64,000 nt of DNA from Epithemia pelagica (taxonomy: Eukaryota; Protista; Bacillariophyta): NCBI GenBank assembly GCA_946965045.2, contig OX337229.1, positions 3,472,001 through 3,536,000 of the forward strand, given 5' to 3'. Made by a program: the position numbers and the translations under genes. Within the stretch, counting starts at the first letter, position 1. Every line of letters begins with the position of its first letter. Positions 1 through 14,887 of this stretch are shown here, piece by piece. The notes under the pieces were generated by a model that made no database searches, was not told the origin of the DNA, and was given only the letters and a program-made list of their open reading frames with translations.

Positions 1-438
1 ATGCGCAAAGAAGATACAAACAATTCCAATCGATCTGATTTGCTCGGTAAGGAGGGCCTGAAACGAAGGCGTGAAAGGAAAACAACGCTGAATTCGAACA
101 ACGATACAGCGTCGGAGGCCGCAGAAATTCAGCGGTCCTTGAACAGAACACAAGGACTTCTTCAGAGCCAGCTGTTGCATGTTACTCATGTGGCGTCGGC
201 TATTGATGACGACGGAAAAGTACTTCGTAAAACTATGGACGAACATCAAACCATGAACGCATCAGGTGCAAAGAGCGCGCTGTCAAACCTTCAGAGAGCA
301 CAACAAAAAGAACAACGTTATTTGATAGCTTCTATTGTTTTCTTTTCGGCAGTAGTTGTTTATATATTTGGGGCGAGAGTTATTATGCATCTTCCATTTG
401 TTGACACTATTTTGCTCTCATTCAAGTCTTTGATGTAG
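1..438 (+). CDS. Sec20/BNIP1-like SNARE (probably only the 3' part of the gene)
   Basis: Heptad coiled-coil (LNRTQGLLQSQL...LRKTMDEHQTM...ALSNLQRAQQKEQ) followed by a C-terminal TM anchor (YLIASIVFFSAVVVYIFGARV). This is the typical Sec20 layout. The ORF touches the window edge. Confidence 0.6.
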   Translation: MRKEDTNNSNRSDLLGKEGLKRRRERKTTLNSNNDTASEAAEIQRSLNRTQGLLQSQLLHVTHVASAIDDDGKVLRKTMDEHQTMNASGAKSALSNLQRAQQKEQRYLIASIVFFSAVVVYIFGARVIMHLPFVDTILLSFKSLM

Positions 439-453
439 ATGTGAAGAAATAAA

Positions 454-762
454 CTAGATTTCAGGTTCTTGGCGCCATGGCTGTCGATAAGCACCAGGGA
501 CTTCATTGTTGTAGTTGTCCGTTGATAGACCCATGAGCCGGCGAACGCGTGGACCTATAATGATTAGTCCGAATCCAAGAGCAGCCCCGGCCGATGCAAG
601 AGCAGGAGCGGGGTGTCGATGGATGAAATGTTTAATCCATCCATTTGGCAAAGTACGGTCAACCAATACAAGACAGCTTGCGACTAACGACACTACCGAA
701 AGCTCGTGACCATCAAAGAAGGGCTCGTATTGGTACGGCTTTTTTGGATCATGCGCCCCCAT
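454..762 (-). CDS. Small membrane protein, possibly a complex I accessory subunit (NDUFA3/B9-like)
   Basis: 102 aa ATG ORF convergent with the SNARE gene. The segment FIHRHPAPALASAGAALGFGLIIIGPRVRRLMG resembles the single-TM plus PxxRRxMG pattern of B9-type subunits. Assignment is by eye only. Confidence 0.35.
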   Translation of the reverse strand: MGAHDPKKPYQYEPFFDGHELSVVSLVASCLVLVDRTLPNGWIKHFIHRHPAPALASAGAALGFGLIIIGPRVRRLMGLSTDNYNNEVPGAYRQPWRQEPEI

Positions 763-1228
763 GTTTCACGGTATCACTGACGAGCAACGCTAGAAGGATT
801 AGAAAACCGATCACACAAAGAAAGAAGATGAATCGCGAGTCAACACAAAGATAACTTACGAACTTATTTACGGCAAAGAGAAAGGATTGAGTTGTTGCTG
901 ATCGATGGAACCAGAGCCAGAGTGCAAACAGCCAACGATCGCAACAATCATCGGTATCTCCAGTCCACAGACACGATGCGTAAACGTAAACCCTCTCTTA
1001 CTCTGAGTGAGAGTCAGAAACTCTTAGAGTGAGAGTTATACATAAATACGTATTGTGACTTTTAATATATCTCCATTATGTAGGAAGTCTAGTATTGGGT
1101 GTGAATGTTGTGAATACGAAACAGTGTAGAAAATCACTACCTAGGTGCGGCTTGCGCGTTCGGTTGGAAGTGTTTTTTCTCAACAGAAGTGTTGGGAGTA
1201 AGTTTTCGCTTGTACCAAATCTTAGACA

Positions 1229-1789
1229 ATGGAGACTGGAAACAGCAACAATGAAATGAGAGACCTGCAAGACCCATTAACGGGGGGAAGTGGGGATGAC
1301 GCTGCGTCACAGTCTTCTCAGAGATCGGGAGCGTCTTTGCTGGAACGAATTCGTGCTCAGCGGAGTCGAGAAGCCGCCGCTTCAGCAGGAACAGCTTCTT
1401 CGCATCTAGAGAACGGCGGCGCAGCTAGTACCACTCCTTCCACCATCCAGGTTCCTCAATACAGTCAAATACCGCAAGATCAAGGGAGAGACGCCTCATT
1501 TGAAATACCAAGTCAGTCGATGTCTAGAGATAGTTTCTTCACGCAAGCATGGACCAATATTAGTCATTCCATGGAAACAGGGATGGCGTCGTTACAGCAG
1601 GAACGGACCGACTTGGAAGCACAAGATGCATTGTTACCTCCAACTGTTGATGAAGAAGAGAACTACAGTATGATTGGATACTTTACAACATTTGTGCGCG
1701 ACGTTTACGAGACTTTTCTGAATCTTCCTCTTTGGGTCCGCATCATTGTTGTGTTTGCTCTTCTATTCACAGCCTGGAAACTCATTTAG
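1229..1789 (+). CDS. Hypothetical tail-anchored membrane protein
   Basis: 186 aa ATG ORF with a low-complexity N-terminus and a C-terminal hydrophobic helix (LWVRIIVVFALLFTAWKLI). It fills the gap between neighbouring genes. Confidence 0.6.
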   Translation: METGNSNNEMRDLQDPLTGGSGDDAASQSSQRSGASLLERIRAQRSREAAASAGTASSHLENGGAASTTPSTIQVPQYSQIPQDQGRDASFEIPSQSMSRDSFFTQAWTNISHSMETGMASLQQERTDLEAQDALLPPTVDEEENYSMIGYFTTFVRDVYETFLNLPLWVRIIVVFALLFTAWKLI

Positions 1790-1980
1790 ATTTGGCAATT
1801 GATCCAAATGTCTCATTTCATGAAGTGGCCGCTGTTCATCGTAATCTTGAAGATACATTCCTAACGAGCGGGCCACTGAGTCCTTTACTGGTCGTGGTAT
1901 GAGAATCCGAATATGATTCGACCAGTCCATGATTTCCGCCAATGAGGTCATTTTCCCTACTAGTGGTCATCTCTGATAAT

Positions 1981-2346
1981 TTAAAATTGTTGTTGTTGAA
2001 TCGGAGGTATAGGAAAAGGTACTCTAAGGTCCGTTGTGAGTTCGTTTTCGTTGTATTCCCCAATCAAGCAAACATTGTCCCCCCGGACCAAGAAGAGTCC
2101 GAGGACCTCTTCTTCGACGTCCGAGTCCGCACTGTGAAGTCGCTCGTACGCCTCATTTAAGATTAGATTTTGTACCTGGTCGTAGCCCATCAATATCCCA
2201 ACGATTATGCGACCGTCAGCTGTTAAGACAAAGAGCTTCTCTTTAGCGTCAACATCAAACAATGGTTAGTGAACCATCCTCACAACAGATCCCACACGTT
2301 CAGTCAGTAACCTACTGTTTTTCCAGTCTTTCAGTGATGCCGACAT
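1981..2346 (-). CDS. LSM8: U6 snRNA-associated Sm-like protein LSm8 (2 exons)
   Basis: Sm motifs TADGRIIVGILMGYDQVQNLIL and GLFLVRGDNVCLIGE. Exon 1 (2346-2316, MSASLKDWKN) joins exon 2 in frame through a GT-AG intron at 2315-2241. Confidence 0.9.
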
Positions 2347-2753
2347 TGCTTTTGTACTTTATTGTCTTTTGGTGTGTCGGCTTGCGGTGGGTCTTCGTTC
2401 TTCGTCCATTGTGGTGGTGCTGTCTCATCCATCTCGACCGACAGATTTCAACTCTCGAAAGTCGCGACTGGAACTAGTCGCGTTTATATTCCATTTGGTC
2501 ATTTGAGAGTCGCTTTTGTGTCCTCACCACCAGGTCACCAAAACCACCCCACTTCGGCAACCCGGAATTCTATATGTATCACGTTCATTGAGCGAGAGAG
2601 AGTGGGGTCAAATGAAAGTTCAAGAAACGAAGATTACAAATCCAATTCTCGGAAGTTCAACCACCGAGAGATGGATAGAGGTGTATTACATTTCGAGAGG
2701 TCCAATCGTGCCTCTCTAAGGACAACTTGAGCAAGGAATCTAAAAGTTGCACA

Positions 2754-3818
2754 ATGAAGATTGAACAAGTCTTTCTCCTTTCCCTTGCGTCGCGGCTGAG
2801 CTCCGAAGCGTACTCTCCATCAGTACCAGGGACTGCATTCCTTGCTCAGCGTGGTGCTGTCGAATCTACCGTAAGCGGAGTGAAAAAGGTGGAGGACGAG
2901 ACTGTGCTTGACTTGCTCAAGTTGGAAAGCTTAGAGCTCTTGTTGCATGGATCAGAAGAATCTGTAACGATTGAAGAGGAAGAAGCCCGCCATGGAATGC
3001 CTTGGAAGCAGTCAGTCAACTCCGAGTACAGTGGAGATGAACTTCTCTACATGCCGTTTTGGGAATGGCATACCAAGTTCATGAAAGAAAATCTTACGAA
3101 TCTTCGAGTCAGACCTTGCAGTAACGGGAAAACCGACTTTTCGTACAACGAGAACCAAGAAAAGAAGGCTCGTATTGTCAACCTGTCTTTGTCCTCCGAT
3201 GAATACCGCAAGATTCGTTTGACATACTACGACGCTGGCGATAATACTCAGGTCTACAACGCAGTGTTTTATCCCGATCCCAAGTACAATCTGCCTGTAT
3301 TGGGCATTGATCTTCTGGCGTTCAATCGGAAGAAGTACCTCACAATCGTTGACTTCCAGCCCCTTCATACAGAAGAGAGCGATCACGCCACAACATATGA
3401 GGATCGTCTCAAGCCTATCAAGGAAGGATACGAGGCACTCAAAGGGCGCATGAGCTCCAAGTTCTACGACGAAACCCAATTCTTTTCACAACAAATGCTC
3501 TTTGCTCGATTCGAAGACGAAGGCGTGGTGACTCGAGAGCTCTTTCCTGCATTTCAAGAATACGTCAAGACACATTTGGATCTTATTCGCGAAACTATCC
3601 CAGAGCCCATGAATGTTGATCACGTCCTAGAGCGTCAAAAGGCTTACGATACATACAGTGCCGAGCGGGACCCTGCCACGGGCCTGTTTGCCGCGATGTT
3701 TGGCAACGACTGGGCACAAGATTTTGTGCACGATTTTCTTTTCTCCATGAGCGAGCGTCAAGAAAACGCCATCCCTGCCGCCCCGTTCGTCGGAGGAGGA
3801 AGACCTCAGACCACATAA
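2754..3818 (+). CDS. pebA: Ferredoxin-dependent bilin reductase, PebA-like (15,16-dihydrobiliverdin:ferredoxin oxidoreductase), plastid-targeted
   Basis: Motifs YNAVFYPDPKYNLPVLGIDLLAF, IVDFQPL, KFYDETQFFS, QKAYDTYSAERDPATGLF and FVHDFLF. The N-terminus has a signal peptide with an ASAFAP-like cleavage site (SEA-YSP). ATG at 2754. Confidence 0.8.
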   Translation: MKIEQVFLLSLASRLSSEAYSPSVPGTAFLAQRGAVESTVSGVKKVEDETVLDLLKLESLELLLHGSEESVTIEEEEARHGMPWKQSVNSEYSGDELLYMPFWEWHTKFMKENLTNLRVRPCSNGKTDFSYNENQEKKARIVNLSLSSDEYRKIRLTYYDAGDNTQVYNAVFYPDPKYNLPVLGIDLLAFNRKKYLTIVDFQPLHTEESDHATTYEDRLKPIKEGYEALKGRMSSKFYDETQFFSQQMLFARFEDEGVVTRELFPAFQEYVKTHLDLIRETIPEPMNVDHVLERQKAYDTYSAERDPATGLFAAMFGNDWAQDFVHDFLFSMSERQENAIPAAPFVGGGRPQTT

Positions 3819-4274
3819 ACTCGATCTCATGATTTTGTCCACAATAATGACTCCCCTGTTGCCTGGTTATTTTGGACCGTGTTGGTGAAACGACAAATTC
3901 GAACTAATGGCTGTGCCTGTTGCTGACCCTGTGGCACAAACGACAAGATGCAAGACATATTGCAACAAAACGCCAGACTGTTGCGCTCGCCAAGATGTTG
4001 CGAGTTGCTGTGAAAGATGGAGTTGTTGAATGAACTCCTACTCTACGAATCACTCACGCACGCCTACCATTTGTCTTCCATGAAGCGCGATGACCGCGCT
4101 GCCAACAACCGGACATTGATCTTTAGATTCACATCGACTTCACCTTGGATTAAATGCCCGTAATGTTGGGAATTGTTAATTAGAACATCAAGTTACCATC
4201 TATTTATACATTTCCATCTATAGGGAGACCACATATATTACATATTCTATGATAGTACAAACAATGGCTCTTAA

Positions 4275-6957
4275 TCAAGATTCGTTCCTTACGTTTGCAA
4301 TGAACAATGGGCCAGCAACCAAAATGGTGGTGGACAATAGCTTGATAACCACATGTAAAGAGGGACCAGCAGTGTCCTTGAAAGGGTCACCTACTGTATC
4401 CCCCGTTACGGAAGATTTGTGAGCTTCGGAATTTTTCCCTCCGTGGTTCCCTAACTCAATGTACTTTTTTGCGTTGTCCCACGCCCCTCCTGCAGTGTCA
4501 AGGAAAAGTGCCATGAGGATCCCTGTGACAGTTCCAAACATGAGGTAAGCAGCCAAGACTTCTGCACCAAGAAGCACCCGGCCCGACGACTCGCCCACCA
4601 GTCGAAAGGTAATGCCAACCGCAATAGGCGTGACAACGCAAATGAGACCAGGAAACCGCATTTCGCGGAGAGCCGCCTGTGTAACAAGGCCCACGCATCG
4701 TTCATAGTCAGGTTTCACCTTGTATTGCATAATGTCAGGGTTTTCCTTGAACTGACGGCGGACCTCAATCACAACATCATGGGCGGTTTTGCCGACAGCT
4801 GCAATACTTAGCCCAGTGAAGTAAAAAATGATCATGCTTCCAAGCAAACCACCTACGAGAACCTCGGGAACAGCAATGTCGACAGTTTTGAATGGTAATC
4901 CACTAAATTCAGAGAATTCGTCCATGAATGCTCCAAAAAGAAGAAAACATGCCATTGAAGCGGATCCAATTGAATAACCTTTCGTTACCGCCTTTGTCAC
5001 GTTTCCGGCGGCATCTAATCGATCACAAACATCTCGAGCTTTTTCTGGTTGCATAGACATCTCTGTGATTCCACCAGCGTTGTCTGCAATGGGACCAAAA
5101 TTATTCATAGAAAGGATGTACACTGCGTTACTGAGCATTCCCATTGTGGCCACAGCGGTACCAAACAATCCAGCATTTCTTCCTTCTCCAATCCCTGTAT
5201 CCTCGCCAAGGTGATAAGCCAAAAGTACTGAAGCAGCAACCGTGATCGTTGGAATAAACGTGGCCTTCATTCCCACACTGACACCAACAATGATGTTCGT
5301 CCCGTGTCCCGTTGTGCTAGCTTCAGCAATCGATCGAACTGGTCCGTAGGCATAATCGGTGAAATACTACGATTGAATGATGAGTGAAAAGTTGCGCATA
5401 TGTTCTCATCTTCGTGCGTTGAAACATACCTGAGTACTGAGCACAATAACATAGGCACATACTACGCCCACAATTCCACATAAAAAGAAATTGAAGGAAG
5501 CATTTGGTTTCCCAGGAAAGCTCAGCAACCAATGTGTAATGACATAAAAGCCGAAGATTGAGAGAACCAGGGCAACACGGTAGCCCTGCTGTAATGCTTT
5601 CATTGGGTCACTGTTTGCTGAGTCCTTAGTCAGACCGACAAACGCGATCCCAGCGCTAGAAACTACGATGTCCATGGCATGTACGATCAAAGGAAAGAAC
5701 ATGAACCTCGCTGAATGTTGTTTGCCCATGCCAGCCTCGTTTGCAAGTGACGACCCCAGGATCATGGCTCCAATTATCTCGGCGGCGACCGATTCAAATA
5801 CGTCCGCTGAAGATCCAACGCAGTCACCCACCATATCACCTACGAGGTCAGCAATTGTTGCCGGATTTCTCGGGTCTAAAGTTGACAAAGGTCAACGTCT
5901 TGTTGAGTTGCATGATTTTCTTCGCTATTGGGCGAGCTACGTACGTACCATCTTCTGGGATACTTTGTTCTACTTTCCCAACAAGGTCAGCCCCAACATC
6001 AGCCGCTTTCGTGTAGATACCACCACCAAGTTGCATGAAAAGGGCAACAAATGACGCACCGAAACCGTACCCAACCAACAGCATTGGAATGTCTGTAGAC
6101 GACAAGGACCCACCAAATTGTACAAAGAATGTATGCAGCACCAAGTAGAGCGAGGTTATTCCAGCAATACAGAGAGTCAGGTTGAGTACTGCTGAGAAGG
6201 CGCCTCCTCGGAAACAGACTATCAGAGCTTCGCCGTATGTACGTCTTCCAGCAGAAGCGACACGTATGTTCGACTGCGCAGCAACCCACATCGAAATATA
6301 ACCAGACACAGCAGAGCAAACGGCTCCAAAAGCAAAGCCAAGGGCTGCCACGATACCGAGCATTGAATTCCCCAGCAAAGCCACACCCACTGGATCGTCC
6401 GCTTTTGGACGGAATTGATACGACACAAAAATCAAGACCGACAGTGGAACGGCGAACGACGCAATTGCAGTGTATTGAACTCGCAGGAACCCCTCCGCTC
6501 CCTCTCTTATGGGATCAGAAACAGCTCGCATTTCAGCTGTACCCTCATCACATTGTAGTACAGAACGGGAGAGCCATAAACTTGCGATGCCACCAAAACA
6601 GCACGAGCCGATTACCAAGAGAAAAATCGACCATTTGAGAGGAAGAAATGGAAAGATGACGAAGGTTCCGATGACAAGTGCGGCACCGATGCCACGAAGT
6701 GAATCGGGAGAACTGTTTGCGAAGTAAGCTCGGGATACGTTCTGTCTTGCATTCTTTTTCGCATCATCCGACGAGTAAAGATCCAAATCCGAGGTGGATA
6801 GGCTTCCGGAAGAGCCGCGTGATATCGGGGCTGGGGAGGAGGATGGGGCACCGTATGATGATGATGATGCACCACCTCCCTCTAAGTCATGCAGATCTGC
6901 CGAAACAGGGGCCCGCCTTTCTTTCGCACCATGGTTTAAACTTGATCCTCTTCTCAT
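4275..6957 (-). CDS. Membrane-bound H+-translocating pyrophosphatase, type II (AVP2-like), 3 exons
   Basis: Motifs [72 protein letters not shown] and GDTVGDPFKDTAGPSLHVVIKL. Intron 5948-5876 and a second intron near 5430-5365 restore the frame. Confidence 0.95.
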
Positions 6958-7177
6958 TGCGAAGGCGAGTCGAAATGGCGGAAGAGGGGACGAGGTTCAG
7001 GAGTGTGGGGTAAACCTGATATTATCTGATACCAGAACGTAGATCTATCTATATGGTTTCCATACGTATTGAAAAGATAGGTAGTCATAACAAGGGAGTA
7101 CAGTCTAACGTAATTAGTGTAGCTAAACCCACCTCCACCCGGTCTTTCGACCACTACACTTAGCACTACTAGCTAGA

Positions 7178-8117
7178 CTAATCTTCTACTTCGACTTGGA
7201 ATACATCGAGGTCGTTGTTTTCGATACGAAGCTGGACCAAATTTACCACCGCCCCAAAAACCACATTGTGCCATCCAAGGTCACCTCTGTATTTGTCTTT
7301 TAGAATGTTGTACCTTTTGAAGTAGCTGTTGACTACTTCATGTCGTGCTCTTGCATCAGCCAACATTTTGTCCATAAAGTTGTTGTGTCCAGACGGTGTA
7401 ATGAAGTATTCTCCACCATCATTGTAGCCTCCATCTGCAACTATCATTTCCCCTTCATCCACTTCATCTATGAGCCAATCTCTGCTGATATTGAGGTCTG
7501 CCCATGTCCCACAAGGGTATGGGCCATTCCACCACACAATCCACCCAGTGTTGATGCATACTCCAATTTCATAACGCAGCCCAGGTCCCTTGAATTTGTG
7601 GGAAAACCACTTCGGGTCGAATGGAGCAGGCTCAAAAATTCTAAAGTCTGTTCCATCAACAGTAATGAAGCAACATTGTCCTTCTTTTCTTGCATCATAT
7701 CTATTTTCCCATTTTATCTAAAGAAAACAGGACAAAGACGGTGAGAATACAATGCTGACAAACTGGTACACGCCGTCCTCATGAACACTTACCAGTACTT
7801 ACATAGTTAAGATGAGCCATCAGCTTTGTCACTATCTTACTCCACTTTCTAAAAGTCTTTCTTGTTGTATTTGCAATTGCCACCAGGACATCTTCTGAGG
7901 CGTAAACCTTAAGGTAAAGAAGTCCCCACAACAGGTGGACTGGCTTCCCTCCTCTTGGCAGAAGGTTCTCTATTTTGTCCCACACATGCACACAAAGAGA
8001 AGGGGTTAGACTGAAATAGCCTCGAAAAGCTCTATGAAACTCATTTGTTGTTGGATTCCTATTCTTCCCCATCATAGGAAGAGCACTTTGAATGAATGTT
8101 CCTGCATTCACCTCCAT
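7178..8117 (-). CDS. Harbinger DDE transposase (DDE_Tnp_4-like), 2 exons, ~284 aa
   Basis: Intron 7802-7718 (GT-AG) joins ...LAHLNY-type helix to IKWENRY...TVDGTDFRIFEP...FSHKFKGPGLRYEIGVC...ADGGY...ARHEVVN. The D, D and E residues are present and the frame is intact. Confidence 0.9.
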
Positions 8118-8844
8118 TGTCAGGAATTGTGAGTTTATGCGATATTCATGTTGGTGCCCATGCCGTGCAGTGAAGCTAAGTTCCAATGCCAAAACACTAT
8201 TCCTTTGCGTTCATCAAGAATTTTTGTTATAGTAGTGTTCGAATTTAATGTATGACTGTCTATACGTGAACGCCATGGAGTAATCTAAGTACAGAAATGG
8301 TCACAGTCACTATTTCTGGGTCACTTGGGTCTGATCCGGTCAGATCTTGGATCAGACCACTGTATCAGTTTCAGTGATGAGGACCAATATTGAAATATGA
8401 ATAACTTTTCCCAAGTCTCTCTATGAACAGTAGAGAAGCGACCCTCTTATTCACTGAAAAAAGAGTTAACTAGATATAACTTAAGCCTAAACATTGCTCA
8501 TCGACAAGGTCGTCTGGTCTGCCAATGAAAAAGCTGCCTGGGTCGAAAAAAACGACCTGGGTCGTTTTTTTACCACCAGACCCAAAGACAACCTACGTAA
8601 GTAATCCTTATATTTAACCGACCCACAGTTAACTCATTAAATAAGGAACAAGGAGGTCGGTTCAGTATTGGCATAAGTGCCAATGTCATGGAGAAATCTT
8701 CATTTATAAGAATCAGGATCAGACCCGGTCTGATCATGGTCAGACCAGAATACCAATTACCCAGTATGCTTTCTTGGTCATAGTTTGGTTTTGCCAAAAA
8801 ACCACCCAGGTACTAAACTCCCCAACGTTCATTCCAAAATTCTT

Positions 8845-9907
8845 ATGACACGCTCCGGTAGGAACACCCTTGGTGAAGGTCCCTTACTCTCTTGGGATTC
8901 CAGGACAGCAGACGCTGAGTACCTGGAAGACTTGGTAAAAAATTGTGCCTTTGCAGCAAGCGCTGCACCAAAGCAAGTGTGGTCGGATCATCCACAATTC
9001 AAGAAGTACAAGCTTGAATCATTTTGTACTGCATTGAATAAACTCAAAAAAAAATATGGATACCATTTGAGAGATGGCCCAAAGGAGCAGGACAGCAAGG
9101 TGACCAGCAAGGAAGAGAGTTTCAATCCATTGGAAGATATCGAGGATGATGCAGACGACGACCTTCCCCCTGGTTCTGGTTTGTTTGGGAAGAAGAAGGC
9201 ACCAGGTGCACCAGGTAAGTCATGGTACGTGATCAAAATTGCCGACTTCTTGGTACCTACCTAATGTTCTCTCATCTATTGCTCTTTCTCTCTTTCTCTA
9301 CAGATAAAATTAAGAGTATAGCAATGAATTTGTTACAAGGAAAAGAGAAAAAAGGTCTGGAGTCGCCATTCCAGTTGGTGGTGCTGACCTTGGAGCATTG
9401 GAAAACAAGAGAAAGAAGTCAGAAAAGAAGGATATGATGAAAGAATGGACGCCCCCTCATGTGCTGACCCAGTGGGTGGATCAGAACAAACAAAAGCATG
9501 TGGTTGTAGTGATCAACCTGCCCACTGGGGTTGCGCACAGAGATACAACAAATTGCGACATTGAGGTTGGTGAGTCACAGAAGGAACTGATTGTGAAGAT
9601 CATTTGGCCTACCAATAGCACAGATGTGGGAGAACTGTTTAAGCAGTTCTCCCAGGAGTGGATGGAGAAGGATGAAAACATTCGTAAGAAATTGGCTCTA
9701 GAAGATGCATTCAATCAATTGAAAGAAAAACAGACTGATTTTGTGAGATCCAAGTTTGTCCTCTCTTTGCCTTTTGCAGTACAGTCAAAGTTTGACTACG
9801 AGTTTTTGTTTGACACTATCAATGGATTTCGTGCACTGATGGTATACCTAGACGAACCGGATGCAAAATTTGAGGGTGGAATGCGCCACAAAATGGTGGC
9901 CCTTTAG
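8845..9907 (+). CDS. Harbinger accessory (second-ORF) protein, spliced, ~320 aa
   Basis: Donor at 9215 (G|GTAAGT). The acceptor AAG ending at 9314 joins the two ORF-track frames into one. The N-terminus is helical (WSDHPQFKKYKLESFCTALNKLKKKY, possible Myb/SANT-like DNA-binding role). The C-terminus is beta-rich. Confidence 0.7.
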
Positions 9908-10489
9908 ATAGCTGTAAAGTGTTCTTGTGTCGCGGTTGCAAAAACCGGGTGGTGGTGGGGACCGATTACACTATATTTTAAGTTACCTATTATTCTGTTG
10001 ATCGTCTTACTAACCTAGCAATAGCTAACATAGTCGGTCTGCCTTTCTATGATGAAGTGGGGCTGATATTATCAGGTTTACCCCACTCTCCAGCATGCAC
10101 CCCCAAACAGACACCCCCAGTTCCAATGGCTATTGGTTGCGCTACAAGCTGGCTTCGCGCCTCACATACCTAGTCTATTAAAGTACAAAAATTGTGTACA
10201 AATTTTTTAATTACTCCCTTTTCTGAGGTACATATTATCTGATAGTGATCTAGCGGTGCGGACGCGTTGAGGTTTTCCCGATCCTCACATAATTTCGTGA
10301 TGGTATTCGAAAACGAAAACAACTGCCACCGCTTCCGGTCACCATAGCCGTCACATGCCGCTGGTACGTGATGTAATGCGACAGATTGATAGCATAGGTA
10401 TGTCATAAACAGATTATCAAAAAGCATCACGTACGCGGCGCCTGTATCTCGAGAAATCGCAGCGCTTCACGACAACAACTCCAAAGTCG

Positions 10490-11300
10490 AGAAACTTTCG
10501 CCTCGTCCGCTGCCTCGTTTGTCTCCCCGGCTGTGTGAGGATCACAACCACCATCGTCGCAAAACAACAACAACAACAACAATACGAACAAGAACAAGAG
10601 TACCAGCAACCTCTCGGCCACCACCGGTGCCACGAATCACAACAACAACAACAACAACTCCAAAGGCGAGAAACTTTCGCCTCGTTCGCTGCCTCGTTTG
10701 TCTCCCCCCCCCGGCTGTGTGAGGATCACAACCACCATCGTCGCAAAACAACAACAACAACAACAATACGAACAAGAACAAGAGTACCAGCAATCCCTCG
10801 GCCGCCACCAGTGCCGCAAATCACAACAACAACAACAACAACAACAACTCCAAAGGCGAGTAACTTTTGCCTCGTCCGCTGCCTCGTTTCACTCCCCCCC
10901 GGCTGTGTGAGGATCACAACCACCATCGTCGCAAAACAACAAGAACAACAAGAACAATACGAACAACAACAAGAGTACCAGCAACCCCTCAGCCACCACC
11001 AGTGCCACGAATCACAACAACAACAACAACTCCAAAGGCGAGAAACTTTCGCCTCGTCCACTGCCTTGTCTGTCTCCCCGCAACCTTGTCTGTCTCCCCG
11101 AGACTCCGAATAGCAGCCAGCAATCAACTATAAAAAACATCACCTACGCAGTTCCTTTATCTCTAGAAATAGCAGTGCTTCACGTCGTGCACTGTTCTGT
11201 GGTCGCCTCGTCCGCTGCCTCGTTTGTCTCCCCGGCTGTGTGAGAGACTGTCGTCTCGTCCACTGCCTTGTCTGTCTCCCCGGCTGTGTGAGCGAGACTC
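10490..11300. repeat. Tandem array of ~180-bp units containing (ACA)n tracts, decaying towards the transposase ATG
   Basis: Unit GAGAAACTTTCGCCTCGTCCGCTGCCTCGTTTGTCTCCCCGGCTGTGTGAGGATCACAACCACCATCGTCGCAAAACAACAAC... occurs 3 times in full plus partial copies at ~11040-11100 and ~11205-11290. Confidence 0.9.
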
Positions 11301-11308
11301 CGTCAACT

Positions 11309-14535
<3,227 letters not shown>

Positions 14536-14887
14536 AACAAGTTGTGTTTTACACGAATTGCATATTTCAAAGATACATATTACATAGTAGTGCTCATTTA
14601 CTAGTGTTGAATCAACTACCTAGGTAGGTTACTAAGTTCACATGAAGAACGAAGAATCCTCAGTAGCACTGCTTCATTTGTGATGCTTGTTGGGTTGTTT
14701 CCGGGAGGACGCCGGTGTACTGCTGTTATGATGGTTGGGATCCACAACGAGAACACATTCTTGTCCCGACGTGGATGTGAAGCGCTTTTGTGAATCTCCC
14801 GTAGGGCATCGCGACAAGGTGTGAGACGAAGAGTCTTCTTGTTGTTGTCGTTGTTGTCGCTTGTTGTTGTTTGTTGTTGTTAGTTTC

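Larger units (their letters stand above)
7001..10090. mobile_element. PIF/Harbinger DNA transposon, apparently complete
   Basis: TIRs GAGTGTGGGGTAAACCTGATATTATC (7001) and its near-perfect reverse complement ending at 10090. A 3-bp TSD (CAG) lies on both sides. Subterminal inverted motif CCCACC(T/A)CCACCCGGT near 7128 and 9945. Two divergent genes inside. Confidence 0.9.

Noticed and set aside
8546-8571. Hairpin plus T-tract resembling a bacterial intrinsic terminator
   Set aside because: The context is a eukaryotic transposon and the hairpin does not follow a gene end. It is kept only as a palindrome.
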